From the human T2T-CHM13v2.0 reference genome, Homo sapiens: 64,000 nucleotides of DNA. Made by a program: the position numbers and the translations under genes. Positions within the stretch are counted from its first letter, which is position 1. Each line of letters opens with the position of its first letter. The stretch is taken from the NCBI RefSeq assembly GCF_009914755.1, contig NC_060927.1. The stretch is one strand, 5' to 3'. Below, in pieces: positions 26,419-39,339 of this stretch. Under the pieces are notes generated by a model that worked only from the letters and a program-made list of their open reading frames with translations, searched no databases and was not told the DNA's origin.

Positions 26419-26998
26419 TGCAGCAGATTATATTTTCCAAAGATGACTAAACCAACATATCCCAACAAAGTAATATTGAGAGATGGGGGTCTATGTTTCC
26501 TCCATTGACTGATGGATTTTTGTTTCCTCTCCTCAGCTTCTTTGGACCTTTTAAGTTGCATTATCCCATAAAATGTGGTGGATTCAATGTTGTATGGCCT
26601 GTAAAACTAAGTAATGAAGGCTGATATGTACCCACCTGGCTCTGTCTTGGGATCACACAACTTGGGAGCCAAAACAGGTATGTAAGAAGTACAGCTACCC
26701 TAAAGCCACCATTCTGGAGTGATTACATGGAGATACTACCTAGCGATAGAGAGGAGGATTTAGAAACTCCAGCTGGCCCAGCTTCCAAGTGTGAATCTTC
26801 ACAATACAGGCACCAGGCACTTGAGGGGAAAAGTTTCCATATAATTTCAGCCTTTTGCCTTCAAGTTATCCCAGCTTACACTTAGAGCAGAGTAAAGTAA
26901 GACCCCGGATCAAATTGCTGATTCACAGAACAAGATTTATTTTTAAATGACCTAAGTTTTGGAGTGTTTGTACTACACAGTCATAGTAGCTAAAACAC
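26419..26998 (+). mobile_element. MLT1G/H-like solo LTR
   Basis: gcagattatattttccaaagatg start; gttttggagtgtttgtactacacag...taaaaca end. Confidence 0.7.
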
Positions 26999-26999
26999 T

Positions 27000-27762
27000 T
27001 GTCTTGGCTTCTACAGTAGTAGACATTTTGGATAGTCCCACCTCCACTGGTTGCCTCTTCTTGTTCTTTTCCACTGACTCCTATTTCTGTGCCCAGTCTT
27101 CTAATATTAGCATGCTTCAGGATCCTGGGCTACCCATTATGTTCTACATACATTATCTAAATTGTTTTATTTCGTCATTACCCATGGCATTTACATGGGT
27201 AATGAAAGTTATCCCCTTCTACTCCACCACCCTGCACTTCTATCCCTGGCATCTCCTCTTGAATCCTTGAATTCTAGGCACGTAAACATAATGGCCTACT
27301 TAACATCTCCACTTGAATATTAAATAAAGAATTCAAACTTAACACATACAATGCTGAGCTCTTGATCTCATCTCCTTGTAAAACAGACTTAAAAGTTGTT
27401 ACTTCCCTAGTCTTCTTCATTTCAGTGAATAGAATTACTATTCACACAATTTCTCAAGTGCAAAATTTAGAAGTAATTTTTGATTACTCTCTTTCTCTCA
27501 ATGACTGCATCTAATTTATTTCCACTGATTGAACCTCTACAATATATCTCCAATCTTGTCTCCGTTTCTATTTCTTCTCCCCATTCAAGCTGCCAATATC
27601 TCTTTCCTAAACTTTAGCAATAGCCTCTGTAGTGATATCCTTAATTTCTGTCTTGATACACATTAATTTATCTTCCACATAGAAACCAGAGTAATCTTTT
27701 ACTACAAAAATCAGATAACATTACTAATCTAGCTCAAAGCCATCTGATGTTTTTTCTTTTCA
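27000..27762 (+). mobile_element. L2 ORF2 remnant (continues 30826-31218 and 32264-32350)
   Basis: catctccacttgaatatt, caaacttaac, ttttgattactctctttctctca; L2 terminus cctagaacagtgcct at 32295. Confidence 0.65.
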
Positions 27763-29649
27763 TTTGAGCAAATTTTATTTTCCAAAGAAGACTTAAAGTC
27801 TCCCATCCTACATTTACTTCTGTGAATATAACTTGATATTCCTACCACTGTAGGGTGGGAGTCTATGTCCCCTCCCTTTAAATGTGGATGGCCCTATGAT
27901 TCCAGCAGAACTGACACTACAGGTAATGAAATTAGATAAAGTCATACCTGATCCCCTTAGGACACTTTCTAACCCAGCCTCCATGCCTGAATAAATTCAT
28001 GTAAGCTATGGAGAGGCCCATATGGAGAGATCTGGTTCCTCCAGCTTTAGCTAAGTTTTCAGGCCATAACCAGTATTAATTTGCCAGCCAAGAAAGTCAG
28101 CCATCTTGACAGGTGGAACAGAGGTGGGCTGTTCCATACTCACCATACTTTGTTAAGTTGCAGAATTATGAACAAAGAAAATTTTTGTTTTTCTTTTAAG
28201 TCACTAGATTTTGGGATAGTTTTTTTTTTTAATCCAGTAACAGGTAACTAATATAAATTTTGGTACTGGAAAGTGGAGTGTTGCTGTACAGACACTTAAA
28301 CATGTAGCATTGGCTTTGAGATAGGCCACAGACGGAAGCCAGAAAAGCTTTGGCAAAGTGTTACCAGAAGCCTAAAGAATGTTGAGAAAGCTGTGTCTGA
28401 CAGCTCAAGGAAAGTAGGAAAATGTGATTGGAAGATGTTTAGTAGCAGTGGAAACTTTGACAACACTATTACCTGAAGTAACAGGCAAGATGGGAAATAT
28501 AGCAATGAACATGATGATCAAACTAAGGAAATTTTCAAGCAGAAAATTGGAAGTGTCACTGGGATTCTTTTCACTGCCTATGATAAAATGTCAGAGGGAG
28601 AGGAATGAGCTAAAAATTAAGTCTTAAGTATAAAATATTCAGAACTTTCTTAGCTGGAAAATAAATCAGTTTCTCTTTCTTACTCTTTCTAGATTGCAAA
28701 TGATGTTCAAATCAAGGACTGGCTTAAGGGAGAAAATCAATTATACTGTACAACTCACACTTAAGACCTCAGAGAGATCTAAGATGATTCTTTATATAAT
28801 TTTTAAAACAATCACCCCTCTAAGGAGCATAACAATGTGTTTTAAATGTCCTCCCCATTATACAGTGAGACTTATAAGAATCTCAAGGATGGTGTCCCAA
28901 GGCAAACTCATGGCAAGATCAAGAAAGAGAATGGCCTGTCTTGACAAGATTTGTGGTTTTGGCTTTCGTCTGATGGAATGAATTGTACACAAATACACAG
29001 AAATCCCACAAATATTAAAATAATTGTATCAACTTGTAAGAAAAAGGGAAAGAAATAGCTTAAAATGGAATATTGCTAAGCCCTCAAACCTTTACAAGCA
29101 GGAAATAGGTGTAAACAGGCTTAGGAAAATGGAAGGTGGACTCAGGGCAGATTGAGGAGATCTTGGAGTGCAGCAAAGAGCCATAGAGAGCAATTTCCAG
29201 GGAGTAGGACTGAACTCTAACCAAATAATTGGCAGCATGTGCCTGGCATTTCAGGATTGACATGGACCGGTGACTACTGTGTTCCTTCCCATTCCCCACC
29301 CTTTTGTGTAGGATTGTCTGTAGCAGTTTCCCAATGCCTGTTCCTCCACTTGACGTTGGGTATTTGGAGAACAAGAAAAATTCTCTTTTTAGGTCAGATG
29401 TGTGACATGTATCACATTGTAAAAAAGAGTGCTCAATGAGCTGTATTTCAGGAATTGCACTTAAGGGGAATTATTTTTACCTATATTGGATTAATATGAT
29501 AAGATTTTGAACTTTGAGCTTATGTAATTATGAAGTGAGACCTTTAGTCTTGGGGAATGACTGTATTTTATATGCGAGAGGTATATAAATCACTGTGGCC
29601 TGAAGATAGACTGTGGCAGATTGTATTTTTCAAAGATTTCCTGTCACAC

Positions 29650-30066
29650 TTTTTTTTTATTCTTTATTTTTCTCTTTCTTTCTCTTTCCTCTTTCTCTTT
29701 CCCTTCCTCCCTTCCTTCCTTCTTTCCTTCCTTCCTTCCTTCCTTCCTTCCTTCCTTCCTTCCTTCCTTCTTTTCTTTCTTTCTTTCTGAGAGGGTCTCA
29801 CTCTGTTTCCTGGCTAGAGTGGTGTCACATTCATAGCTCACTGTAGCTCAAACTCCTGAGTGCAAACAATCCTCCTACATCAGCCTCCCAAGTAGCTTGG
29901 ACCACAGGTGTGCATCCACTCCTGGCTAATTTTTTAATTTTAATTTTTGTAGAGACGGGGTCTCACTTTGTTGCTCAGACTGATCTTGAATTCCTGGCTT
30001 CAAGAGATCCTGCTGCCTCAACCTCTAAACTTGCTGGGATTGCAGGTGTGAACCACCATGCCCAGC
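29650..30066 (-). mobile_element. AluJ with tail expanded into (TTTC)n/(TTCC)n
   Basis: Alu body 29788-30066; (TTCC)11 at 29724-29767. Confidence 0.9.
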
Positions 30067-30484
30067 TACTTTCTTTTTCTTACAATATGCCTTTGATGCT
30101 CTTCCCATCAAGAGGTATTCCTTTCCCTTGAATATGGGCAAGGCTGTGATTATTAATGCTATATGACTTTTGAGAGTAGGTCATGAAGCATGATACATTT
30201 TCCTAGTTCATTTAGGATGCTTGCTCTTAATACCTAGCCCCTATGCTTGTATAAGTCCAAGAGACCTGTTGTGGGGAGGCTCACATGAAGAAGAACGCAG
30301 GCACCTAGCCTACAGTCTGATTGAGCTCTCATCTGATAACCCATAAGAACTTGAGAGCCTTGTGAGTAAACCATCTTGAATCTTTCAGGACCCAGTTGAA
30401 ACACTTCAGCTGATGCTGCATGGATCATTGCGGATTTGTGAGCAAAATAAATTAATATAGCTTTTTGTTTTAATTAAACAATAT

Positions 30485-30757
30485 TTTTTGAGACAAGATC
30501 TCATTTTGTCACCCAGGTGGGAGTACAGTGGCACATTCACAGATCACTGTAGCCTCAAATTCCTAAGCACAGGAGGTCCTCCCACCTCAGCCTCCCCAGT
30601 AGCTGAGACCACAGCATGTGCCACTGTGTCTGGCTAATTTTTTATTTTTTTGTAGAAACGGAGTCTTGCTATGTTGCCCAGGCTGGCCTCACGTGATCCA
30701 CTTGCCTCAGTCTTCCAAATTGTTGGGATTACAAGTGTGAGGCACTGCACTGAGCCC
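30485..30757 (-). mobile_element. AluJ with small internal deletion
   Basis: Diverged dimeric Alu. Confidence 0.88.
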
Positions 30758-31230
30758 AATATTCCTTTTTAAGCTACTAAGTTTTGGACTGATTTGCTTC
30801 CCAGCAGTATACGATTGATAAAACACAGAATATAGAATAAAATTAATCTCTTATGTTGTCCTATGAGGCTTTGTGAGATTTAGTTTCTACCAACACCCCA
30901 AAGTCATGTCATACCATTTTTCACTGTGCTTACTTTGCTTCACTGACTTTTCTCCTGTTTTCTAAAACTAGCTAGTTCTTATCTTCAGGCTTTGTCATTG
31001 TCATTCCCTGCTGAGAATATTGTCTGTCCAAATCTTGTAATTCAGACTCAAAAATAGTCTGTGGCCACTCAATCTAAAGTAACCCACCACAAACTCTAGC
31101 CCATCTCCCTATTTATTTTCATCATGATATTTATATCTATCTCATCTAAATTTTATCTATTTGTCATCTATCTAATTGAAATTTCATGTTTCTTTACTAC
31201 TAATACGCAAGCTCTGTTAAGACAGAAGTA

Positions 31231-32249
31231 TTTAGTTTAATTAGATCCCATTTGTCAATTTTGGTTTTTGTTGCCATTGCTCTTGGTGTTTTAGACATGA
31301 AGTCTTTGCCCATGCCTATGTTCTGAATGGTATTGCCTAGGTTTTTGTCTAGGATTTTTATGGTTTTAGGTCTAACATTTAAGTCTTTAATCCATCTTGA
31401 ATTAATTTTTGTATAAGGCGTAAGGAAGGGATCCAGTTTCAGCTTTCTACATATGGCTAGTCAGTTTTCCCAGCACTATTTCTTAAACAGGGAATCCTTT
31501 CCCCGTTTCTTGTTTTTGTCAGGTTTGTCAAAGATCAGATAGTTGTAGATATGTGGCATTATTTCTGAGGGCTCTGTTCTATTCCATTGGCCTATATCTC
31601 TGTTATAGGGACACTTTTACACTGTTGGTGGGACTGTAAACTAGTTCAACCACTGTAGAAGTCAGTGTGGCGATTCCTCAGGGATCTAGAACTAGAAATA
31701 CCATTTGACCCAGCCATCTCATTACTGGGTACATACCCAAAGGATTATAAACCATGTTGCTATAAAGACACATGCACACGTATGTTTATTGTGGCACTAT
31801 TCATAATAGCAAAGACTTGGAACCAACCCAAATGTCCAACAATGATAGACTGGATTAAGAAAATGTGGCACATATACACCATGGAATACTATGCAGCCAT
31901 AAAAAATGATGAGTTCATGTCCTTTGTAGAGACATGGATGAAGCTGGAAACCATCATTCTCAGCAAACTATTGCAAGGACAAAAAACTGAACACCACATG
32001 TTCTCACTTGTAGGTAGGAATTGAACAATGAGAACACATGGACACAGGAAGGAGAACATCACACACCGGGGCCTGTTGTGAGGTGGGGGGAGCGGGGAGG
32101 GATAGCATTTGGAGATATACCTAATGTAAATGACGAGTTAATGGGTGCAGCACCCCAACATGGCACATGTATACATATGTAACAAACCTGCACGTTGTGC
32201 ACATGTACCCTAGAACTTAAAGTATAATAAAAAAAAAAGAAAAAAAAGA
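31231..32249 (+). mobile_element. L1PA3-5-like insertion, 5'-inverted (antisense 31231-31604, sense 31605-32249)
   Basis: 14-bp TSD aagacagaagtatt at 31219 and 32250; ORF 31665-32024 matches the ORF2p C-terminus (WNQPKCPTMIDWIKKMWHIYTMEYY); poly-A. Confidence 0.95.
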
Positions 32250-32699
32250 AAGACAGAAGTATTGTTCATCTTGTTTTCTTCCCTAATCACGTTACCTAGA
32301 ACAGTGCCTATCAGATAGTAGGCACTCCACAAATATTTGTTGACTTAATGAACCAGTGGAAATAAATATTAATTCAGTTTTACATTACACAGCAAAATAG
32401 AAATCCAATATTTAATCCAGTTCATATTACAAAATAATACCTTCTTTTTAAAAATTAAATCCATTAAATTGACATAGAAAAATCTTCACCATCTCATGAC
32501 TTTATAAAAACAAAATTGGTTTCTATACCACTTGGATTATTTCTACAAATTCTATTTATATGGTTTGTGTCAATAAACCATAGAAAATAAAATTTTCAAA
32601 TAAAACTTATATATTTGTTATTTGATCTTGTTCTACTTATATGAATCTTTTATTTCATGCAAATAAAACCCAAAATATGATTCAGCAACTTTCAGTCTG

Positions 32700-32987
32700 T
32701 TTTTAGAGGCAGAGTCTTGATATTTCACCCAGGCTGGAGTGCAGTGTCACAATCATGGCTCACTTCAGGCTCAACCTCCTAGGCCCAAAAGATTTATTCA
32801 CCTCAACCTCCTGAGTAGCTGGGATTACAGGTGTGCACCACCATGCCTGGATAAGTTTTATAGTTTTTGTAGACACAAGGTCTCGCTATACTGCCCAGGC
32901 TGGTCTGGAACTCCTGGACTCAACTAATCCTTCCACCTCAGCCTCCCAAAGTATTGGAATTACAGGTGTAATCCACCATGCTTGGCC
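32700..32987 (-). mobile_element. AluJ
   Basis: Dimeric Alu with very short tail. Confidence 0.9.
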
Positions 32988-34819
32988 AATTTTCATTCTT
33001 TAATGTTAGGCTTTGAGTTTAGTATCAAACTTTAAAACAAAAGCAACAACAACAAAAAACAAAAAACATTTCCAAAAAAGAAAAAAAGTACTGGTAGCAG
33101 TCAATAAAAGAAAAGACTCCAATTTCCAGGAATTTGGAATGTGGAATCCTGGCATTATAGAGATACAGCTTTTTCATCTAATTAATGTATAAAATAGTCA
33201 ATACTTTCATTTTATTTTCTTGGAGTTTACTCCTTTTCACCCTGAAGCCTGGGTAACAAAGCAAGTGCACAAAAATCGTTAGAATAACACTTTTCAACAA
33301 GAAGCAGTCCCAAAGTAAGTGAAAGGAATTTCTTTAGTGATTTTCTCCCTGAGGGGGAGCAGTAGTCTGAAATCTCACTGGTATCTATTCTGAAAGAATC
33401 AGGGGATTTATTTATGTCATAATCTAGTATTTGCAGCCTGCTTTGATTTTCCTCGGGATTTCCTTGGATATATTTTACTGAGAGAAGTGTGAAAAGTACT
33501 TCTGATTTGAGAAGCATGAAAAGAAAGCCTCAGGCCAGGAGACCATCTTCTACTCTGAGTCATCCATTTGCCTGTTCTGAACAACCTCTACTATTGGCTC
33601 TTGCACAAAGATCTCCTGAGAGTAGTTGTTGGTAGACTCTAATTGCCTACTATTTTTAACTCATTCCCTTACTCCTTTGATAAGAGTTGAGAGCCCAAGA
33701 CTTTAATGGATTTTGCACGTATGTCTTATTCTATTTACCTAATCATAATGCAATTTCACTTCAGCACAAACACAGCCATAGCAATCATGACTTAATTTTA
33801 ATTCCTAACTCACTGTAAGTAAGCCAGCTTATGCTTTTACTAACCAATTTCCAATGCATATAAATAATAACACATATTTGGCATATCACAGTGCTTAGCT
33901 CTTTCTGATGAGCAAAAGATTATATATTTATTGGTGCTTATCTTGATGTTTCACAAGATTTTTCATTTATTTCTATACTGTTCCCTTAGGTTACTAGGTG
34001 CAGTCACTTTCCCTACCACCTGCTTTCCACTATCTGCTCCTTATCTTTTTCTTTAGAACCTTGCTTCACCTTCTTCCTCTATTTGTGACCGCTCTGCAGG
34101 TGATCAGGCTTCCTCCACTTTCCTTACCTTCTGATTGTCTCATACCATCTTCCATCATTTTCCACACATATTACTTGCTTTATACCATACTGTATTTGTA
34201 AAACACATAAAAGATTGCTAGTATTTTTATTTTATAGATGATGAAACTGAAGTATGAAAGATAAATGACTCACCAGAGGCTATGATTTGTGGGCCTTTTA
34301 GTGGGTTTAATAGGAGGAAAGCAAAGGTGAAATGCCAGAATAGCGAAGGTGGAGAAATTTGAGATGAGTGATAGAGACCTAAGAAAGTGGCAGTTAAAAT
34401 GGTCCAGGGCATAAAATGATGTGAGGAATAGTAGAAAGAAAAGGAGAAAAATACCTTAAAATTGATGACTCTTCTGTCCTAATAACTTCAAAGTGCATTT
34501 CAATTTGAAACCTTTATCACCTCATTGCGTGGAGGAGACAAAGGAAAGAAAACATACAGAGCATTTGTCTCTTCCTGAAGTTTCCTCAATTCATAAAATC
34601 CCTAAGACACTAAGAGAAGAAAATACTGTGAACATGTTTAGTTTGATATTGGTTATTGTCATTTCTTTTCATTCCTTCAAATACATTTTATAAATTCAAT
34701 TTCACATATTATTTAACCTCATCTACCTGACATGATATTGTTCTCCTGACACATCCTGTTTATTAAATATTAATCACATATTTTACTGGTTCCAAATTAT
34801 GCTTTTATTATACTTGCTT

Positions 34820-35200
34820 ATTTGCAGGCGGGGGCTGGGGAAAGGGGGAGTGACTTTCAATAGAATCGGGATCTCTAGTATGATCACCCGCATGATGACA
34901 TCATCAACAGTAGACTTAAGAATCCTGTTGGCTCCACTTGCTCTAAATTTATCAGTTTCCTCTGGTTCTCTCTATCAGCCTTAAGGTTGGGTTCCTGTTC
35001 AATACTTTCTTTCTTTTTTTTTTTTTTCTTACTTGTAGGGCCAATGTGTAGAGCTGCCGACTTTCTTAATAATGCAAATCCAAGGGGTGCCCCTAGCATT
35101 CTGAAATACGCAAACTTCAAAAACATATCTAATAACCCTGCATCAGCTCCATATAACAGTTTTAATTAGGGCCCTTAGCAGGGCATACACTAATTACTGC
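34820..35200. promoter_or_regulatory. Candidate enhancer-like unique element
   Basis: TGATGACATCATCA (34893), CCAAT (35041), ATGCAAAT (35072), two TAATTA, retained CpGs; motif evidence only. Confidence 0.35.
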
Positions 35201-35234
35201 AAAGAGCAAACAAAACTAAAATGAGTAATAAACA

Positions 35235-36290
35235 GAAAATTTATTTGATGAGTATCTACAATGGGGCAGGTTCAAGGTGTGTTATAAATGTTGTGAACTC
35301 AAAAGTGGATAGTAAAGAGCCAGCCCCACTCTCATGGAGCTTACATTTTAGTATGGGTAGGGGCCAATAATAATCAAATCAAACCAAATCAAACAAGATG
35401 TTGAAAAGTAATAAATGCTATGAAGAAAAATAAAATAGTATAATATCATAGAATAGAGAGACATGGACGCTGTTTTAGGGAAAAAATGTTACGGGTATAT
35501 AAGCAGAAAAGCAGATACTCTGATAAGAGGATATATGAACTGAAATCTGAATGAAGCGAATTAAGTGAGCCTGCCATGTAAGAAGTAGGATTTTGGGACA
35601 GGGGAATAGCAAGTGCAAATATCCTGAGACAACAGTGTGCTGAGAGTGCTTAAGAAATAGCAAGGGGGCTCTGTGGCAGGGGTGAAGTGGGCAACAAGTA
35701 GAATGATAAGAAATGATGACACAGAGGAAGCCAGAGATAAGACCGAGTTCTGACATTCTTATAAGCCATAATAAGAATTTTATTCAATGTATGATAGGAA
35801 ATCATTGAAAGATTTTAAGCAAGAGTAACACTATCTGATTTGCCATTTAGAAGTCATTAAGAGGTCAAGAAATTCTATAATTGCTGGTATGTTCAGAATA
35901 GACTGAGTGATACAATAGAGGAAGCAATGAGGCAAGTTAGGAGGCTACAGAAGTTGTCCAGGTTAGAAATGATGGTGTGACTTCAATGGTAGTGGAGGTA
36001 GGGAGAAGGGTGCAATAAGAACATATGCTTAAGGTAGCTCTTGTTACCTTTACTCTGACTGCTATTCACTGAGGGATTAGTTATGAGGTAGGAGAGAAAG
36101 AGGGATGAAATGTGATTGTAAGGTTCTAACCCTGAGCAACTAGATGAATGGTGATACCATTTTCTATGATGGGTAACATTGAAAGACGAAAGTTTGAAAG
36201 CAGATGATAATAGGAATCAATATATTATGCCTGGAGATGTTGAGTTGAGTTTGAGGTGCTTACAAGACAATTTAATTAGAGATAATTGTG
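35235..36290 (-). mobile_element. L2a remnant
   Basis: ctctcatggagcttacattttag, caagtgcaaatatcctgag, ccctgagcaactagatgaatgg. Confidence 0.8.
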
Positions 36291-36904
36291 GTTTGTAACA
36301 GGGAAAGAGGTACTTTTGCAATGTGCATGTGGTCACTTATCTGCTGACTCAACTTGCTGGTGTGAGGAAGCAGCTAACTCTCAGAAATTTAGGTAGTGTG
36401 AAAGAGAAGGCAAGTATCTAGTAGTAGAGACTATTTTCACTGTTTGAATTATTATGGATAGACTGACAGTGGGAATATTATTAAAATATGTGACAAGGAA
36501 TTCCAGTCATAATTAAAGTAAATATTTTGCCAGAAATGATAACAAATACCTTTGCACAGAGTTCCCATTGGTCCCGAAACCTGAAGGTGCTGGCAGTGCC
36601 TTTAAGAGGCTATAGAATATGATCTGCTGTAGTTTTGCTGAGCTTGTTAAAAATAACCCTTGGCCAGACACATGCCATCCTTCAGAATTAAGTAGATCCC
36701 TCAGCACCTGCTTCCTGTACCCTGTCTTCTGTTACCATGTGCTTTCTCAGATACTAATGGGTTCTTGGCTTTTGCTTCTAGGTATAATTGTGATCTCTTC
36801 CCAGGAAAAAGGTAATGATCCTGGAACAAGATATATATGCCTGGTATATATTTATTATCTTACAATTGAGCTTTCATTACCAATAAGAGTTCTCTTACCT
36901 TGAG

Positions 36905-37125
36905 TCCTCACCCTGTGCTAAGCTCTTGCAAAACACATCCCAGATTTTATCTCATTTAATCCTGGCAACAGTGGTACAAGGCAAAACCTGGTATTATTCT
37001 CATTTTTTATTTAGAGAAATATAATTGTAAAGAAATTAAGTAAATTGTGCAAGGCCTCACAGTAAGTTGTAGGACAATAAAGACGCAACAGGTGCCATCT
37101 ACCTCTAATGGCTGACCACTTACTA
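36905..37125 (-). mobile_element. MIR
   Basis: atctcatttaatcctggcaac...tattattctcattttt. Confidence 0.65.
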
Positions 37126-38334
37126 TATTAAATTGTTCTTGTGAGCATGGGAGAATCTTGGGGAAACTATTATACAGACTGCTGGAGGTATGTGACTGGT
37201 TACTTTGAAATTGAACTCTAATGTGGTCCCAAGAATTTTTGAAATCTTGAAAGAGAGTAGAACTTCCAGTAACCCTTCAGATGTTTCAGAGAAAATATCA
37301 GGTTTCTGTTTTAAAATAGAGGTAATAAACACATTTTTAAGACAGGCTCTTTTATTCTAGAAAAATCTCTTGAGATATATAACTAAACAAATAAAAGACA
37401 GACTCCGATATCAGAAAAGCAATTACAGACCCTTCATTATAAGAAGTAAAAATTGCTCTATACAATAGTAGAAAATATGGTCACTGTGGTACATCTCTGC
37501 AGCCTGACATCTGATTTTTGTTGCTGTTAATAGAATGAGACTTGGCTGTTCTAAAAAACTACAGCTTGTCCTGTGGAGAACTGTGATTACTTCTGATGGA
37601 AAATGACAGGCTGAATGCCAGAAGGCAAAGCAACTGTTTTCCTAAGAGTCTTAAGACCCTGAAGGACTTGTGCCTCCTTTGGTGATCTAGGGGATAAAGA
37701 AGTGGAATGGAAATGGAGAGGAATAGCTGGAACAAAAAGGCAAAGAGGTATAATCTATCATAAATATGCCGCCTTTATAAGCATGTGTGTACCAAAAAAA
37801 AGCCACAAACCATATAAAGTGAGCCTATATTAGAAATAGAAGTATTTTATGAAATAATATATTTAAAATTTCCAGTAAACAGAATATAAATTTTTCCCAA
37901 ATACCCATAATATATTTACAATATTAGAAAAAAATGCAAGCAGAATTTATGTAAATTATATTAATGGAATTAACGGAATAAAATTAGAAGTTAAAATTAA
38001 AAATAGCCAAAATTAATATTTGAAAATAAAAATATTTTGTTATTTGTGTTAAAGGGGAAATCAAAACTAAAATTAGATATTATTTAAAAATGAATCTTAC
38101 TATATATCAAATCACATAATATCAAAATCATACTCTAAAGAAATTTTGTAGCCACAGATGTATATTTTTAGTCTGATAAATGAAATCTGCATTCACCTCA
38201 AGAAGCTAGCGAAACAACAAAACATTAAGAACTAAAATCAACATAATTTCTGGTCACTTTGTTAAATAAAATTGAAACCAGAATATTTCCTTGTACCTCT
38301 ATTAAGTTAATACCAAGAACAAGCAAAAATAAAG

Positions 38335-38707
38335 CAATTACTTGTTCTAGAAAATATTTTCTCTTTGGAAATAAGACGAATAACCAGCTAAAATAGGTTT
38401 TTAATCAAAACTAACAAAAGTGTTGATCAATACTCATTTCAAGATCCTGGCTTCATGGTGCCCATCAATCCAAAACTACTTCCTAGACCCTGTTGAATCT
38501 CAACCAACTTCCCCCCTGTCAAGACTAGCTTTAAAATCACTCATGAAGGTATGAGATTCTAATAAACATCTCCCTTTCCCTCTGACTTCTCCTTCTTGAG
38601 ACACTACACTTGTACTCTATTAAGGTGATAGTTTTTCTTCCTGCAATAGGTCACATAAACTTAGCTGTCTTCATCAATATTTCTGAAGGTATTTTGTGAA
38701 GTTAACA
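38335..38707 (+). mobile_element. Old ERV1-class LTR fragment (MER89/90-like)
   Basis: gagacactac...aaggtg...ataaacttagc...gaagttaaca; resembles the LTR at 60097. Confidence 0.5.
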
Positions 38708-38789
38708 GCAATGGAAGAGAAATAAATCATAAATATTTGAAAACCAGTTATTTTAATAAAAAAAGAAGTGTCTTTTTTTTTTAACAGAA

Positions 38790-39335
38790 TTGCAAATAAC
38801 ATATGGAGATACTGTGCTCCCAGGAGGTGGAGATGAATTATTATCCTTTCTTCACACCTTCCCATTGAGATTGGGCTAGATTTGCTGATATTTTTCAAAA
38901 AAATAGTGCAGTGAAAAAAAAAAAGGTGCATTGTTTTAGTACAAGAAACTTGGCACATTCTACCTCAACCAAATGATGAAAGTTAACATCACAGATTCCA
39001 TGTGGACATTACTACCTCCCTGGTATGATGTGATGAGAAAGGCATTTCCCTCTGTGGTATTATTTCAAATGACTGATAATTCTGGTCTAATCAGGAGAAA
39101 AACAACACAGATCCATTGGAGACTTTCAACAGGACACCTGCCCAGTATGCCTCAAGACTTTCAAGGTCATGAAAACCAGAAAGGAGAGATAAACAATCAC
39201 AGATTAAGACATTGTGGAAATTGAACAATCAGAAGCAATGATGTAGCCTAGATTAAATCCTAAATCTGTAAGAGGACATTGATGGAAAAACTGGTGACAT
39301 CCAAAGAAGTCTTGAATTTAGTTACAGTAATATCC
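38790..39335 (+). mobile_element. L1MC 3' UTR fragment
   Basis: ctacctcaaccaaatgatgaaagttaacatc, aggacattgatggaaaaactggtga. Confidence 0.75.
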
Positions 39336-39339
39336 TAAA

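Larger units (their letters stand above)
27763..30825 (+). mobile_element. MLT1G-like MaLR element with both LTRs and internal region (LTR 27763-28255, internal 28256-29611, LTR 29612-30825 split by two Alus)
   Basis: aattttggtactggaaagtggagtgttgctgt follows the first LTR; second LTR starts tgtggcagattgtattttt. Confidence 0.75.

Noticed and set aside
31665-32024. 119-aa ORF with strong protein similarity
   Set aside because: C-terminus of L1 ORF2p in a truncated, inverted copy with no promoter
33227-33517. 96-aa minus-strand ORF in unique-looking DNA
   Set aside because: No recognisable domain or supporting splice or promoter signals; length is compatible with chance
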